DNA of 64,000 nt from an uncultured Thiotrichales bacterium (GTDB lineage: Bacteria > Pseudomonadota > Gammaproteobacteria > GCA-2400775): positions 35,339-99,338 of the forward strand of contig CAZTYM010000001.1 of assembly GCA_964617475.1 (NCBI GenBank), read 5' to 3'. The notes beneath the pieces were generated by a model. It was not told the DNA's origin. It saw only the letters and a program-made list of their open reading frames with translations, and did not search any database. The first letter of the stretch is position 1. Each line of letters begins with the position of its first letter. Shown in pieces: positions 28,638 to 39,181 of this stretch. The translations under genes and the position numbers were made by a program.

Positions 28638-29927
28638 ATGAAGGTTAAACGTTTTTTTGCTGAAGATACACGAATGGCGATGCGTGAAGTACGTCAAGCA
28701 TTCGGCTCTGACGCGGTCATTCTCGCAAACAGAGAAGTCGAAGGTGGAATAGAACTTATCGCAGCAATAGACTATGACGCTTCTGCGCTTTCAGCATCGG
28801 TCAATAATGCTGAGAAAAAAGAAACGATAACGCCATTCTCCGAATACAAAAATAGCAATAGAAAACAAACTCGAAATCAATCAATCTCCCCTGCTGAAAC
28901 AGAATCGGAACAAGCCGCTGTTCGTTCTTTCGCCGCTGAGGCTGTTAAGCAGAGTAAGGCAGACAAAGTTGTTGTCGATTGGCTAGAAAAGCCAGCACTG
29001 GAAAAAATGCAGAATGAATTAAGCTCACTACGTCACGTAGTTGAAGACCAGTTATCTGGTTTGGCCTGGGCTGATTTTGAACGACGTAACCCACAGCGAA
29101 CCGAATTATTAAAGCGTCTTATGGGCTTGGGCCTTAGCGCAACCATTTGTCAGCAAACAGTTAATCAGCTTGAAGAAAGCAATGATGTTGAACATAACTG
29201 GCGACAAGCATTGGGACAACTCGCGGCACAAATTCATGTTTCCGATGAAGATATTATCAATAATGGCGGTGTTGCCTGTTTGGTTGGGCCAACCGGTGTA
29301 GGTAAAACAACCACCATTGCAAAAATTGCGGCTCGCTATGTATTACGCCATGGGCCTAAGCAGGTCGCATTAGTCACTACAGATAACTATCGAATTGGTG
29401 CTTACGAGCAACTACGTGTTTACAGTCGTATTTTAGATATTCCGCTGCACCTGGTTAACAAAGAAGACAAACTCGAGAATGTTCTCGATAAGCTAATTGA
29501 CAAGAAATTGGTGTTAATCGATACAGCAGGAGTTAGTCCGCGCGATATAGAACTTAAGCAGCGTATGAAACCGCTGTTAAATAATAAGGAACTGTTTGAT
29601 ACCTATCTCGTATTGTCCGCCAACGCGCAGCTATCGAGTATGGAAAAATGTTTAGCAGCATTTTCAGAAATCAAGCCTTATGGCTGCATCTTAACCAAAA
29701 CAGATGAAGCAGCAAACCTGGGTGCAGCATTAGGGTCATTAATCAATTCACGCATTCCACTTGCTTATGTTTGTGATGGTCAGAGGGTACCAGAAGATCT
29801 ACACCTGGCTAGACCACATAGCCTGATTAACGAGGCAGTCGCCTTGACTCAAGACAGTGACCAAACCTTCGATTGGGAAGCACTAGCAATTGTATTAGGA
29901 GGAGCTTCAAATAATGCTTACAACTAG
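28638..29927 (+). CDS. flhF: Flagellar placement GTPase FlhF (SRP-like)
   Basis: An SRP-type NG domain is present (GPTGVGKTTT, DTAG, TKTDE). Confidence 0.9.
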   Translation: MKVKRFFAEDTRMAMREVRQAFGSDAVILANREVEGGIELIAAIDYDASALSASVNNAEKKETITPFSEYKNSNRKQTRNQSISPAETESEQAAVRSFAAEAVKQSKADKVVVDWLEKPALEKMQNELSSLRHVVEDQLSGLAWADFERRNPQRTELLKRLMGLGLSATICQQTVNQLEESNDVEHNWRQALGQLAAQIHVSDEDIINNGGVACLVGPTGVGKTTTIAKIAARYVLRHGPKQVALVTTDNYRIGAYEQLRVYSRILDIPLHLVNKEDKLENVLDKLIDKKLVLIDTAGVSPRDIELKQRMKPLLNNKELFDTYLVLSANAQLSSMEKCLAAFSEIKPYGCILTKTDEAANLGAALGSLINSRIPLAYVCDGQRVPEDLHLARPHSLINEAVALTQDSDQTFDWEALAIVLGGASNNAYN

Positions 29928-30798
29928 CTCACCTTACGACCAAGCTCATGGCCTAAGGCAAATGCATGCCAGTGCGCCGGTTCGTGCAATTGCTATAACA
30001 GGTGGTAAGGGTGGTGTTGGAAAAACAAATATCTCAATCAACCTCGGTATTAGCATGGCAAATACTGGTAAGCGAGTGTTGCTTCTCGATGCAGACTTAG
30101 GCCTTGCGAATGTTGACGTGTTGCTTGGTTTGCATCCCAAAAAGAATTTATCACATGTTATTCGCGGAGAATGTGAGCTCGAAGAAATTATCATTCCCGC
30201 CCCTGGTGGCTTGAGAATCGTGCCGGGTGCGTCAGGTATTCAAGCCATGGCAGATTTATCCAGTACCGAGCGTGGTGGCATCGTCAACGCATTTAGTGAG
30301 TTGCATTCTGGCCTCGATGTATTACTCATTGATACTGCCGCAGGAATTTCCGATTCAGTACTGAGTTTTACCAGAGCAGCGCAGGAAGTGGTCATTGTTG
30401 TCTGCGACGAACCCGCATCAATGACGGATGCTTACGCCATGATTAAGACACTGAGTTGTGAATATGGCGTAGATCGCTTTCGAGTCATTACCAATATGGT
30501 CTCCAGTATTAGAGAGGGGCAAGAACTCTATAAGAAACTGGTAATGGTTACTAATCGTTTTCTCGATGTGGCGCTAGATTTTATGGGCGCAATTCCACAC
30601 GACGAGTATTTACGTAAGGCAATACAAAAACAAAAACCACTAGTAGAAGCTTATCCGAGGAGCAAAGGATCAATGGCATTCAAGAACTTAGCGGAAAAGG
30701 CCGATAAATGGCCAGTACCCACAGAAGCCCGAGGACATTTGGAGTTCTTCTGGGAACGATTAATCGGTAATTACTGCGCTCGAGAGGCTCAATTATGA
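29914..30798 (+). CDS. flhG: Flagellar number regulator FlhG/FleN (MinD-like ATPase)
   Basis: The N-terminal activator motif DQAHGLR is present. A deviant Walker A (GGKGGVGKT) is present. Confidence 0.9.
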   Translation: MLTTSSPYDQAHGLRQMHASAPVRAIAITGGKGGVGKTNISINLGISMANTGKRVLLLDADLGLANVDVLLGLHPKKNLSHVIRGECELEEIIIPAPGGLRIVPGASGIQAMADLSSTERGGIVNAFSELHSGLDVLLIDTAAGISDSVLSFTRAAQEVVIVVCDEPASMTDAYAMIKTLSCEYGVDRFRVITNMVSSIREGQELYKKLVMVTNRFLDVALDFMGAIPHDEYLRKAIQKQKPLVEAYPRSKGSMAFKNLAEKADKWPVPTEARGHLEFFWERLIGNYCAREAQL

Positions 30799-31532
30799 AT
30801 GGTGCGGCAATGTATGCATCGGTGCAACCGAGTGGTTCGGAGCAAGATCAGGTCATAGCGCAACACGCGCCATTAGTTAAGCGTATTGCTTATCATTTGA
30901 TGAGCCGCTTACCAGCCAGTGTTCAGGCGGACGATCTGATTCAGGCTGGGATGATCGGTTTGCTAGAAGCTGCTCGAAATTACGATGCAAGTCAAGGTGC
31001 GAGTTTCGAAACATACGCTGGTATTCGTGTTCGCGGCGCGATGTTAGACGAAATTCGTAAAGGTGACTGGGTACCTAGATCGGTTCACAGAAAAGCGCGC
31101 CAAATGGCTGAAGCGGTAAGGGAGATTGAACATAAGCAAGGGCGTGATGCGCGTGATCACGAAATTGCGGAAGCTATGGAGCTCGGTCTAAGCGAGTATT
31201 ACAAAGTTTTGCAAGATGTCAGTGGCCATCGCGTACTGAGTATAGAAGACGTTGGAGTCGACGAAGATGCAATGGCGAATTTGGCTGCAGATCAGTCAAG
31301 TAGTCCTGATGAAGGTCTGCTTAGGGAAGATTTTAAGCGTTGCTTAGCTGAAGGTATTTCTGGGTTACCGGAGAGAGAGCGACTGGTGTTAACACTTTAT
31401 TATGATGAAGAACTTAATCTTCGTGAGATTGGTGCCGTTATTGGAGTAAGTGAGTCGCGTGTCAGTCAAATTCATAGTCAGGCGCTTATTAGGCTAAAAG
31501 CAAGAATGGCAAATTGGTTAGGCAAGGATTGA
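30795..31532 (+). CDS. fliA: Flagellar sigma factor FliA (sigma-28)
   Basis: Sigma-70 family regions 2, 3 and 4 are present. It sits in the flhF-flhG-fliA position. Confidence 0.9.
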   Translation: MNGAAMYASVQPSGSEQDQVIAQHAPLVKRIAYHLMSRLPASVQADDLIQAGMIGLLEAARNYDASQGASFETYAGIRVRGAMLDEIRKGDWVPRSVHRKARQMAEAVREIEHKQGRDARDHEIAEAMELGLSEYYKVLQDVSGHRVLSIEDVGVDEDAMANLAADQSSSPDEGLLREDFKRCLAEGISGLPERERLVLTLYYDEELNLREIGAVIGVSESRVSQIHSQALIRLKARMANWLGKD

Positions 31533-31577
31533 GATTTTGTCTCAAACGGAAAATGAGAAAGGTTTGGAGGTCAATCA

Positions 31578-31967
31578 GTGGATAAAAATATGAAGATCTT
31601 GATTGTGGACGATTTCTCCACAATGCGTCGAATAATCAAGAACCTGCTACGAGATCTCGGGTTTAATAACACAACCGAGGCTGATGATGGTCAGACAGCA
31701 TTACCTATCTTACAGGCCGGTGGAATCGATTTTCTTGTCACCGACTGGAATATGCCCGGCATGCAGGGCATTGATTTGTTAAAAGCTGTGCGTGCTGATG
31801 CAAAACTATCATCCATGCCTGTGTTAATGGTAACAGCCGAGCAAAAGCGGGAACAGATTGTTGAGGCAGCACAAGCGGGGGTTAATGGCTATATTGTTAA
31901 GCCATTTACTGCTGCAACGCTCAAAGAGAAGATCGATAAGATTTTTGAACGCATCGACGCAGCATAA
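31578..31967 (+). CDS. cheY: Chemotaxis response regulator CheY
   Basis: It is a 129-aa REC protein with the CheY signature ([13 protein letters not shown]..., D in [11 protein letters not shown]109-equivalent). Confidence 0.92.
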   Translation: MDKNMKILIVDDFSTMRRIIKNLLRDLGFNNTTEADDGQTALPILQAGGIDFLVTDWNMPGMQGIDLLKAVRADAKLSSMPVLMVTAEQKREQIVEAAQAGVNGYIVKPFTAATLKEKIDKIFERIDAA

Positions 31968-31983
31968 ATAACGCTATAAAAAA

Positions 31984-32739
31984 TTGCAGGGGAGCACCAT
32001 GCAAAATCAAGCAATACAAGAAGATACGCGGCTTATTAAAGCACGTGAGTTAGTAGACTGTCTTGAGCAGGCAGATGAAGAGTCTGCGTTGAGAGTCATA
32101 GATGAAATTACCAATGCTCGTGATACCGAATTATTTAATTCCATTGGTCGTTTAACCCGAGACTTACATAACGCGCTGAGTGGCGTTGGTGATGGCGCGA
32201 ATGTATCGCAACTCACAGAATTTGAAATTCCTGATGCGAAAGAGCGTCTGAATTATGTTGTTTCTATGACAGAGCAAGCAGCAGACAAAACACTGGGTGC
32301 TATTGAAGAAATACTGCCCTGTTGCGATCAGCTGCATGATCGCTCAGCAAGGTTGGCAGCCATCTGGCGCCGTTATGCTGCAGGTGAAATGGATGATGAT
32401 GAATTTCATTCTATGTCCGATGTAATCAAGACATTCTTGAATAAATCTGAAGCTGATTCAGAAGATATGAGGAATAAGCTTAAAGAAGTTCTTATAGCAC
32501 AAGAGTATCAGGATATCACCAGTCAAGTTATTGGTAAGGTGATACGACTGGTCGAAGATGTTGAGGACAGTTTAGTTAAAGTGCTTCGGCTATCAAATAT
32601 GAATGGAGCTGAAGATGACACTCCATCAGAGAGAAGAAAAGAAGAGCTTGAAGGACCGCAAATTCCAGGACATAAATCTTCTACAGCGGTATCAGGTCAG
32701 GATGAAGTTGATGATCTGTTATCAAGTCTAGGGTTTTAA
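31984..32739 (+). CDS. cheZ: CheY-P phosphatase CheZ
   Basis: CheZ-family motifs are present (QDITSQVIGKVI active-site region). It follows cheY. Confidence 0.85.
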   Translation: MQGSTMQNQAIQEDTRLIKARELVDCLEQADEESALRVIDEITNARDTELFNSIGRLTRDLHNALSGVGDGANVSQLTEFEIPDAKERLNYVVSMTEQAADKTLGAIEEILPCCDQLHDRSARLAAIWRRYAAGEMDDDEFHSMSDVIKTFLNKSEADSEDMRNKLKEVLIAQEYQDITSQVIGKVIRLVEDVEDSLVKVLRLSNMNGAEDDTPSERRKEELEGPQIPGHKSSTAVSGQDEVDDLLSSLGF

Positions 32740-32749
32740 GGACACCGTT

Positions 32750-34774
32750 ATGTCTTACGATCTTAATGACGAAATTTTACAAGACTTTTTAGTCGAAGCC
32801 GATGAGTTGTTAGAACTACTCAATGAGCAATTAGTCGATCTGGAAAGAACTCCCGAAGACGCCGATTTGCTTGCGGCGATATTCCGTGCCTTCCACACTG
32901 TTAAGGGTGGGGCGGGCTTTCTCAGTATTACACCGTTAGTTGATGTTTGTCACCGAGGCGAAGATGTATTTAATGTCTTGAGGCAAGGTGATCGCATTGC
33001 CGACACGCATTTAATGGATGTGATATTGCGCGTAATGGATGTCGTCAATGAAATGTTTGATGTGGTGCGAACCGGTGAAGAACCAGCACCTGCAGACCCA
33101 GAGCTCTTAAAAGAGTTGGAAATTTTGGCTAAACCTGCCGAAGCTGCCGCTGAAGCAGCACCAGAACCAGAGCCAACTCCTGAGCCTGTTGTCGAAGCAA
33201 CGGCGAGTGAAAAGCCATCAGAGCCTGAGAGCGATGATATTACCGATGCAGAGTTCGAGGCATTGTTAGATGATCTACATGGTACCGGTAAGCATGGTGG
33301 TGGTGTGCCGGGTGATAATATTGCCAAGTCTGTAGCTAGCAATGATAGCGAAGATATTAGTGAAGAAGAGTTTGATGAACTTTTAGATAATCTATATGGC
33401 AAAGGACCAATAGGCGGCGCTAGTACGGATGCAGCCGAGGTAGAAGAAACACCGAAAGCAGCAAGCGAGCCTAAGCCAGAAAAAGTCGAAGAACCAAAGG
33501 CAAGCGAGCCAGCAGAACCTAAGAAAGCGCTCGCAACCACTGCGAAAGCGCCTGCCAAGAAAGCAGATGATAAGAAAAAAGCGAAGCCACCTGCACCGAA
33601 AACAGAGAGTGTGGTACGTGTAGACACTGAACGTCTCGATGAAATCATGAATATGGTTGGTGAGCTAGTTTTAGTTAGAAATCGCTTACAGACACTTCAA
33701 ATAGAGATTGAAAATGATCGTATGGCCAAAGCAGTTAGCGATCTTGATCTCGTTACCTCAGATTTACAGTCTTCAGTGATGAAGACGCGTATGCAACCTA
33801 TTAAGAAAGTATTTGGCCGATTCCCTCGCGTTGTTCGTGATCTCGCGCGTAGCTTAAACAAAGAGATCGAGTTGGAACTGATTGGTGAAGATACCGATAT
33901 GGATAAGAACATGGTTGAAGCCTTGGCTGATCCGCTTGTTCATTTGGTGCGCAATTCAGTTGATCATGGTGTGGAAACGCCAAGCGTTCGAGAAGCAGCA
34001 GGTAAAGAAAGACAAGGTAAAGTGGTATTGTCTGCAGCACAGCAAGGTGATCATATTCTTCTTACTATAGAAGATGATGGTGCCGGGATGGATGCTGAAG
34101 TGCTGCGTCAAAAAGCAGTAGAAAAAGGTCTAATGGATCAAGAATCTGCTGCACGATTGGATAATCGTTCATGTTATAACCTGATTTTCATGGCCGGTTT
34201 CTCAACCAAAGAACAAATTTCTGATGTTTCTGGTCGAGGCGTTGGAATGGATGTGGTCAAAACACGTATTACCCAGCTCGGTGGGTCTATTTCGATTGAT
34301 TCAGAGTTAGGTAAAGGCACCGTCATGAAGCTCAAGCTACCACTGACGTTAGCTATTTTGCCGACATTGATGATCAAACTGGATGATCAGATATTTGCTT
34401 TACCACTAACCGCAGTGGTTGAAATATTCCATGTCGATACCAGTGATATCAGCGTCGTAGATGGCAGCCCTGTAATTGTTATTCGGGAGCAGGCTTTACC
34501 CTTGCTCTATGTTGGTAACTGGCTTGTAAAAGGCTATAGACGTGAAGACAACAAATCGAGCATGGCTCATGTTGTAGTAGTCAATGTTGGCTCTCAACAA
34601 TTAGGTTTTGTTGTCGATCAGCTTATAGGTCAGGAAGAGGTAGTGATTAAACCTTTGGGTGCTTTCTTGCACGGAACTAAGGGTTTGGCTGGCGCGACTA
34701 TTACCGGTAATGGTCGTATTGCCTTGATTCTTGATGTGCCTGGGCTCGTTACACAGTACAAGCAAGCCGCCTAG
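32750..34774 (+). CDS. cheA: Chemotaxis histidine kinase CheA
   Basis: The P1 HPt domain (FHTVKGGAGF) is followed by a repetitive acidic linker, a P3 dimerisation domain, a P4 HATPase domain and a P5 CheW-like domain. Confidence 0.92.
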   Translation: MSYDLNDEILQDFLVEADELLELLNEQLVDLERTPEDADLLAAIFRAFHTVKGGAGFLSITPLVDVCHRGEDVFNVLRQGDRIADTHLMDVILRVMDVVNEMFDVVRTGEEPAPADPELLKELEILAKPAEAAAEAAPEPEPTPEPVVEATASEKPSEPESDDITDAEFEALLDDLHGTGKHGGGVPGDNIAKSVASNDSEDISEEEFDELLDNLYGKGPIGGASTDAAEVEETPKAASEPKPEKVEEPKASEPAEPKKALATTAKAPAKKADDKKKAKPPAPKTESVVRVDTERLDEIMNMVGELVLVRNRLQTLQIEIENDRMAKAVSDLDLVTSDLQSSVMKTRMQPIKKVFGRFPRVVRDLARSLNKEIELELIGEDTDMDKNMVEALADPLVHLVRNSVDHGVETPSVREAAGKERQGKVVLSAAQQGDHILLTIEDDGAGMDAEVLRQKAVEKGLMDQESAARLDNRSCYNLIFMAGFSTKEQISDVSGRGVGMDVVKTRITQLGGSISIDSELGKGTVMKLKLPLTLAILPTLMIKLDDQIFALPLTAVVEIFHVDTSDISVVDGSPVIVIREQALPLLYVGNWLVKGYRREDNKSSMAHVVVVNVGSQQLGFVVDQLIGQEEVVIKPLGAFLHGTKGLAGATITGNGRIALILDVPGLVTQYKQAA

Positions 34775-34786
34775 AGGAACCTACCC

Positions 34787-35842
34787 ATGAGTGTTCGGGT
34801 ACTGGTCGTCGACGACTCCAGGTTTTATCGACGGCGGGTATCAGAAATACTCAATTTAGACGCAAACCTTGAAGTGGTAGGTACTGCTAATGACGGCGCG
34901 CAAGCCGTCGAAATGACAAAAACCTTACGACCCGATGTAGTCACAATGGATGTAGAAATGCCGATTATGGATGGCATTACTGCTACACGTCGTATTATGG
35001 AATCGACACCGACTCCTATTCTTATGTTTTCATCGCTTACCAAGACGGGCGCAAGGGCCACCTTCGATGCTTTAGAGGCGGGCGCGGTAGATTATGTACC
35101 GAAGTATTTTGAAGATATAGCGGAAAAACAAGACAAGGCGATAGCAACGCTTTGTCGACGCATATCTCAATTGAAGGAAGTACGTAGTCGCTTAAAAACA
35201 ATTCCAAATGTCAGCAAAGATATATTGCCAAATCGACCTGTTGCTTCTGGTCGTCGTCGCCGGTTTGATAGTGAACAATATCGCTTGCTTGTAATGGGTA
35301 CTTCTACAGGAGGTCCAGTCGCATTACAAACTATTTTAACTAAACTACCAAAGGAATTTCCATTACCTATCTTGTTAGTACAACACATGCCGGGTAACTT
35401 TACTGCTGCATTTTCACAACGACTTGACCGACTCTGCGAGATAAATGTCAAAGAAGCGGTCAATGATGAATTGTTGAAACGAGGCACAGCTTATATCGCA
35501 CCTGGTGGTAGTCAAACTTTAGTTAAAGGTAATCCACTTAACTTAAGACTGTCAATTGAACCGGCTAGCGTAGGTCAAATATATAAGCCGTGTATCGATA
35601 TGACATTTGAATCTATTGCGGAGCTCGGTATCGACCGCACGTTAGCTTTGATTCTCACTGGTATGGGGTCTGACGGATCTGAGGGTGTGAAGTCTTTAAA
35701 AAAAATTGGTGCAACCATTTGGGCACAAGATGAAGCCAGTAGCTTGGTATCCAGTATGCCAAGCTGTGCAGTAGAAACCGGAATGGTGGAACGAGTACTG
35801 CCACTCGATGATATTGGTATTGTATTGGGAGGTCATGCATAA
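34787..35842 (+). CDS. cheB: Chemotaxis methylesterase CheB (REC plus methylesterase)
   Basis: An N-terminal REC domain is followed by a CheB catalytic domain (GTSTGGP, GMGSDG). Confidence 0.92.
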   Translation: MSVRVLVVDDSRFYRRRVSEILNLDANLEVVGTANDGAQAVEMTKTLRPDVVTMDVEMPIMDGITATRRIMESTPTPILMFSSLTKTGARATFDALEAGAVDYVPKYFEDIAEKQDKAIATLCRRISQLKEVRSRLKTIPNVSKDILPNRPVASGRRRRFDSEQYRLLVMGTSTGGPVALQTILTKLPKEFPLPILLVQHMPGNFTAAFSQRLDRLCEINVKEAVNDELLKRGTAYIAPGGSQTLVKGNPLNLRLSIEPASVGQIYKPCIDMTFESIAELGIDRTLALILTGMGSDGSEGVKSLKKIGATIWAQDEASSLVSSMPSCAVETGMVERVLPLDDIGIVLGGHA

Positions 35843-35845
35843 GTT

Positions 35846-36586
35846 ATGGACTTCCTTAGCCTGCTAGGCATTATTGTGGCAATGGCCGCTGTGTTAGGTG
35901 GCAATATTCTTGAAGGTGGGCACACTTCATCATTAGTTCAAATTACCGCATTTGTCATTGTTGTTGGTGGCACTGTTGGCGCGATCATGCTGCAGGTTCC
36001 CGTGCGTATTTTCGCTCGGTCGTTAAGAATTGTTCGTTGGGTTTTTAAACCACCCGTGATCGATTTTGAGTTATTTATTGGCAAAATTGTTAACTGGAGC
36101 AATGTAGCACGACGCGAAGGCTTGTTAGGGTTAGAAGTTATTGTTGATGATGAAAAAGATGATTTCGCCCGCAAGGGTTTACAACTTTTGGTGGACGGTA
36201 GTGAACCCGATTCTATTCGTGCCATTTTAGATGTTGATATTGAGGTTAAAGAAGATTTCGATATCCAGGCCAGTAAAGTATACGAAGGTATGGGTGGCTA
36301 TGCCCCAACCGTTGGTATTTTGGGTGCGGTAATGGGTTTGATTCATGTCATGAATAACTTGGCCGATCCTTCGAAACTTGGGCCGGGGATTGCTGTGGCA
36401 TTTGTTGCAACTATTTATGGTGTTGGTTTTTCTAACCTGTTTTTCTTACCTATTGCGGCCAAACTTAAAGCAAGTATTCAGCAACAAAGTCGTTTAAGAG
36501 AAATGATCCTTGAAGGAATTGTTGCTATCGCTGAGGGTGAAAACCCACGCAATATCGAAACAAAACTCCAAGGCTATGTCGTTTAG
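35846..36586 (+). CDS. MotA/PomA-family flagellar stator protein (MotC-like)
   Basis: It has four TM segments and a MotA/TolQ/ExbB family fold. It lies directly after cheB, as in the Pseudomonas motCD arrangement. Confidence 0.8.
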   Translation: MDFLSLLGIIVAMAAVLGGNILEGGHTSSLVQITAFVIVVGGTVGAIMLQVPVRIFARSLRIVRWVFKPPVIDFELFIGKIVNWSNVARREGLLGLEVIVDDEKDDFARKGLQLLVDGSEPDSIRAILDVDIEVKEDFDIQASKVYEGMGGYAPTVGILGAVMGLIHVMNNLADPSKLGPGIAVAFVATIYGVGFSNLFFLPIAAKLKASIQQQSRLREMILEGIVAIAEGENPRNIETKLQGYVV

Positions 36587-36591
36587 TCACT

Positions 36592-37413
36592 ATGAGTAGA
36601 CGGCGAAGACAAGAAGAGCATGAGAATCACGAACGTTGGCTTGTGTCATATGCCGATTTCATTACGTTACTTTTTGCTTTTTTTGTCGTGATGTATTCGG
36701 TCTCCTCCGTTAACGAAGGAAAATATCGCGTATTGTCTGATGCTCTAGAAGCGGCGTTTCGCGCACCGGCGAGCAGTCTTAACCCTGTGAATATAGGGCG
36801 AGCTGGCCAGCCTAGCGCATTTGATCCCGATAATGCCATGATGATTCGGCTACCTCGCGTTCCTTTATCTCACTTGGTATCAAATAAGGAAGAAATTGAT
36901 ATTGATAACATTGCGGAAAAAGTGGAAACAGCGCTCGAAAGTTTAATCGAAAAAGATTTAGTAAAGGTAAGCAAGGATGGTTTATCGTTGGAAATTGAAT
37001 TGAAGTCCCGAATTCTTTTTGCTAGTGGTAGTTCTATTGTTGCACGTAGCGCAGAACCGATTTTAGCGCAGATTGCCGATATTATCAGAGCCTTTGATTA
37101 CCCTATTCGGATAGAAGGTTATACAGACAATGTACCCATTCAAACTCAACAATTTCCTTCAAACTGGGAACTCTCCGCAGCGCGGGCAGCCAGTGTTGTC
37201 AGAATGGTTGCTGATGCTGGTATAGATCCACTGCAACTAACCGCTTCTGGTTACGGTCAATACCGACCTGTTTCAAGTAACGATACCGAGGCAGGGCGTG
37301 CTAACAATCGTCGCGTAGTATTAGTAGTAGACGCTGGAGCGAACGTCTCTGCTAGCGGAACAAAGAAAAATAGCATTAATATCGAAACTGGCTTGCTAGG
37401 TGGGGCAAGTTAA
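36592..37413 (+). CDS. MotB/PomB-family stator protein with OmpA-like peptidoglycan-binding domain (MotD-like)
   Basis: An N-terminal TM segment is followed by a C-terminal OmpA domain (RIEGYTDNVPI...NRRVVLVV). Confidence 0.8.
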   Translation: MSRRRRQEEHENHERWLVSYADFITLLFAFFVVMYSVSSVNEGKYRVLSDALEAAFRAPASSLNPVNIGRAGQPSAFDPDNAMMIRLPRVPLSHLVSNKEEIDIDNIAEKVETALESLIEKDLVKVSKDGLSLEIELKSRILFASGSSIVARSAEPILAQIADIIRAFDYPIRIEGYTDNVPIQTQQFPSNWELSAARAASVVRMVADAGIDPLQLTASGYGQYRPVSSNDTEAGRANNRRVVLVVDAGANVSASGTKKNSINIETGLLGGAS

Positions 37414-37415
37414 TC

Positions 37416-38195
37416 ATGAGAGTCTGGGCATCTTCAAACCAGAAAGGTGGTGTGGGGAAAACCACGACAGTTGTGTCACTTGCCGGCCATCTATTAGCTC
37501 GCGGACAAAGAGTATTGATGTTGGATTTGGATCCACATGGATCACTGACCAGTTATTTTGGTGGTGACCCCGATGCCACAACGGCGAGTATCTATAACTT
37601 GTTTCAGCAAGGTTCGCAGTGTGCCGATAAAGTTGTTGAGGAAACAGAGGTAGAGGGGCTGTTTCTCATGCGAGCCGCAACAGCAATGGCAACGCTGGAC
37701 CGTCAAATCGGAGCAAGCGGTGGCAAAGGTTTGGTTATTAGTCAAAGTCTGACGCAGCTAAAAGGAAAGTTTGACTATGCCTTACTTGATTGCCCGCCGA
37801 TGCTAGGCGTGCTAATGGTTAACGCCTTAGCTGCATGTGAACATCTGTTTATACCTGTGCAAACGGAATTCCTCGCATTGAAAGGACTAGAGCGCATGCT
37901 AAACACACTAAAAATGGTGACTAAAGCAAAACAAATGTCGTTGAATTATACCATTTTACCGACGATGTTTGATCGTCGAACCCGAGCATCTGTGCAAAGT
38001 CTGCGGTCATTAAAAGAAACATATAAAGATTGTTTATCTGAGCATGTTATTCCGGTCGATACACAATTTCGTGATGCAAGTTTAGCTGGGCGTCCATTAC
38101 CGTTGATTAATTCCAGCTCTCGTGGTTCGCGAGCATATGAAAACATTCTGGACAACATGTTAAATATTGAGAATGTCACCAAGGGGGTGGTGTAG
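37416..38195 (+). CDS. ParA/MinD-family ATPase of the chemotaxis cluster (ParC-like)
   Basis: A deviant Walker A (SSNQKGGVGKTTT) is present. Its position between motD and cheW matches the Vibrio ParC and Pseudomonas ParA-like gene. Confidence 0.85.
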   Translation: MRVWASSNQKGGVGKTTTVVSLAGHLLARGQRVLMLDLDPHGSLTSYFGGDPDATTASIYNLFQQGSQCADKVVEETEVEGLFLMRAATAMATLDRQIGASGGKGLVISQSLTQLKGKFDYALLDCPPMLGVLMVNALAACEHLFIPVQTEFLALKGLERMLNTLKMVTKAKQMSLNYTILPTMFDRRTRASVQSLRSLKETYKDCLSEHVIPVDTQFRDASLAGRPLPLINSSSRGSRAYENILDNMLNIENVTKGVV

Positions 38196-39067
38196 TGAAC
38201 GAATCAGTCAAACATCCTGCCCAGGAAATACAACTAGCAGATAAAGATTCTGCGTTAAGTAGTTATTTTGACGTGTTACTACACGATGTAACCGATATTG
38301 ACGAACAAGCTGCATCGACGCCGGAAATAAGTAAAAACGATGATAGTGCAGTCAAAGTGGCTTCTACTTTTCAAATTGAAGAAGAACACATTGATATAAA
38401 AAAACCTACTGTTGATGCCGCAGAAACGGGTAAATCTACTGCTGAGCAAAGCGCTGCCACAGAAGAGTCTACCAGTGGCTATTCTACAAACGGGTTAGTG
38501 ACATGTGATGCGGTCGAAGATGCGCAAGGGCTTGAAGAACCTGATGATAATTTTACTGACGAAAATTATTACGTAGAAGGCGCACCGAGTTGGGCAAATC
38601 AGCCCTTTCAGGCACTGGAATTTACTGTTGCCAAATTAAAACTAGTCGTACCGCTAACCCATTTGTGCGGAATTCTTGATTGGGAACGCGCTGATTTAAC
38701 ACCAATGCCAGGTCATAGTACACAGTTTATGGGCGTCTGGCCCAATCATGGTACCAATTCTAAGATAGTTGATGTTGCAGAGATGGTAGTGCCAGAACGC
38801 TATCACAGCAAAATTCAGCCAGCATCGGAACGTGTTACTAAAGTCGTGTTGATCGATGAATCAACATGGGGTATCGCCTGCGATGAAATCATAGGGGTGA
38901 TTACTTTGGACCCTAGAGACGTACGTTGGCGGACAGATAGAACGCAGCGCAAATGGTTAGCTGGAACCTTAATCGAACATATGTCCGCCATTATTGATGC
39001 GGATGAATTTGCATCAACGCTTTTAAACGGTGAGGAACGTGCTGAGCTAGCCGTTATGCAAGCCTAA
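38195..39067 (+). CDS. CheW-like domain protein (ParP-like partner of the ParA-like ATPase)
   Basis: The N-terminal half is acidic and low-complexity. A C-terminal CheW-like domain is present. Confidence 0.7.
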   Translation: MNESVKHPAQEIQLADKDSALSSYFDVLLHDVTDIDEQAASTPEISKNDDSAVKVASTFQIEEEHIDIKKPTVDAAETGKSTAEQSAATEESTSGYSTNGLVTCDAVEDAQGLEEPDDNFTDENYYVEGAPSWANQPFQALEFTVAKLKLVVPLTHLCGILDWERADLTPMPGHSTQFMGVWPNHGTNSKIVDVAEMVVPERYHSKIQPASERVTKVVLIDESTWGIACDEIIGVITLDPRDVRWRTDRTQRKWLAGTLIEHMSAIIDADEFASTLLNGEERAELAVMQA

Positions 39068-39181
39068 TTTCTAGAAGTGGCATATTTTCTGCTTGTATTC
39101 AGTTAGACGAGAATGTGCCGAAATATTGACTGAAAACCTATCTAATTAACAGATAGAGCGATAGCAATAAGGAGCTATACA

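Noticed and set aside
32950-33648. 232-aa antisense ORF inside cheA (Ser/Ala/Gly-rich)
   Set aside because: It is opposite the repetitive GC-rich CheA linker. The low-complexity translation is an artefact of the repeat composition.
39068-39181. Possible sigma-28 promoter (GCCGAAAT) upstream of cheW
   Set aside because: No acceptable TAAA -35 element lies at the required 15-bp spacing. It is reported only as a rejected weak match.
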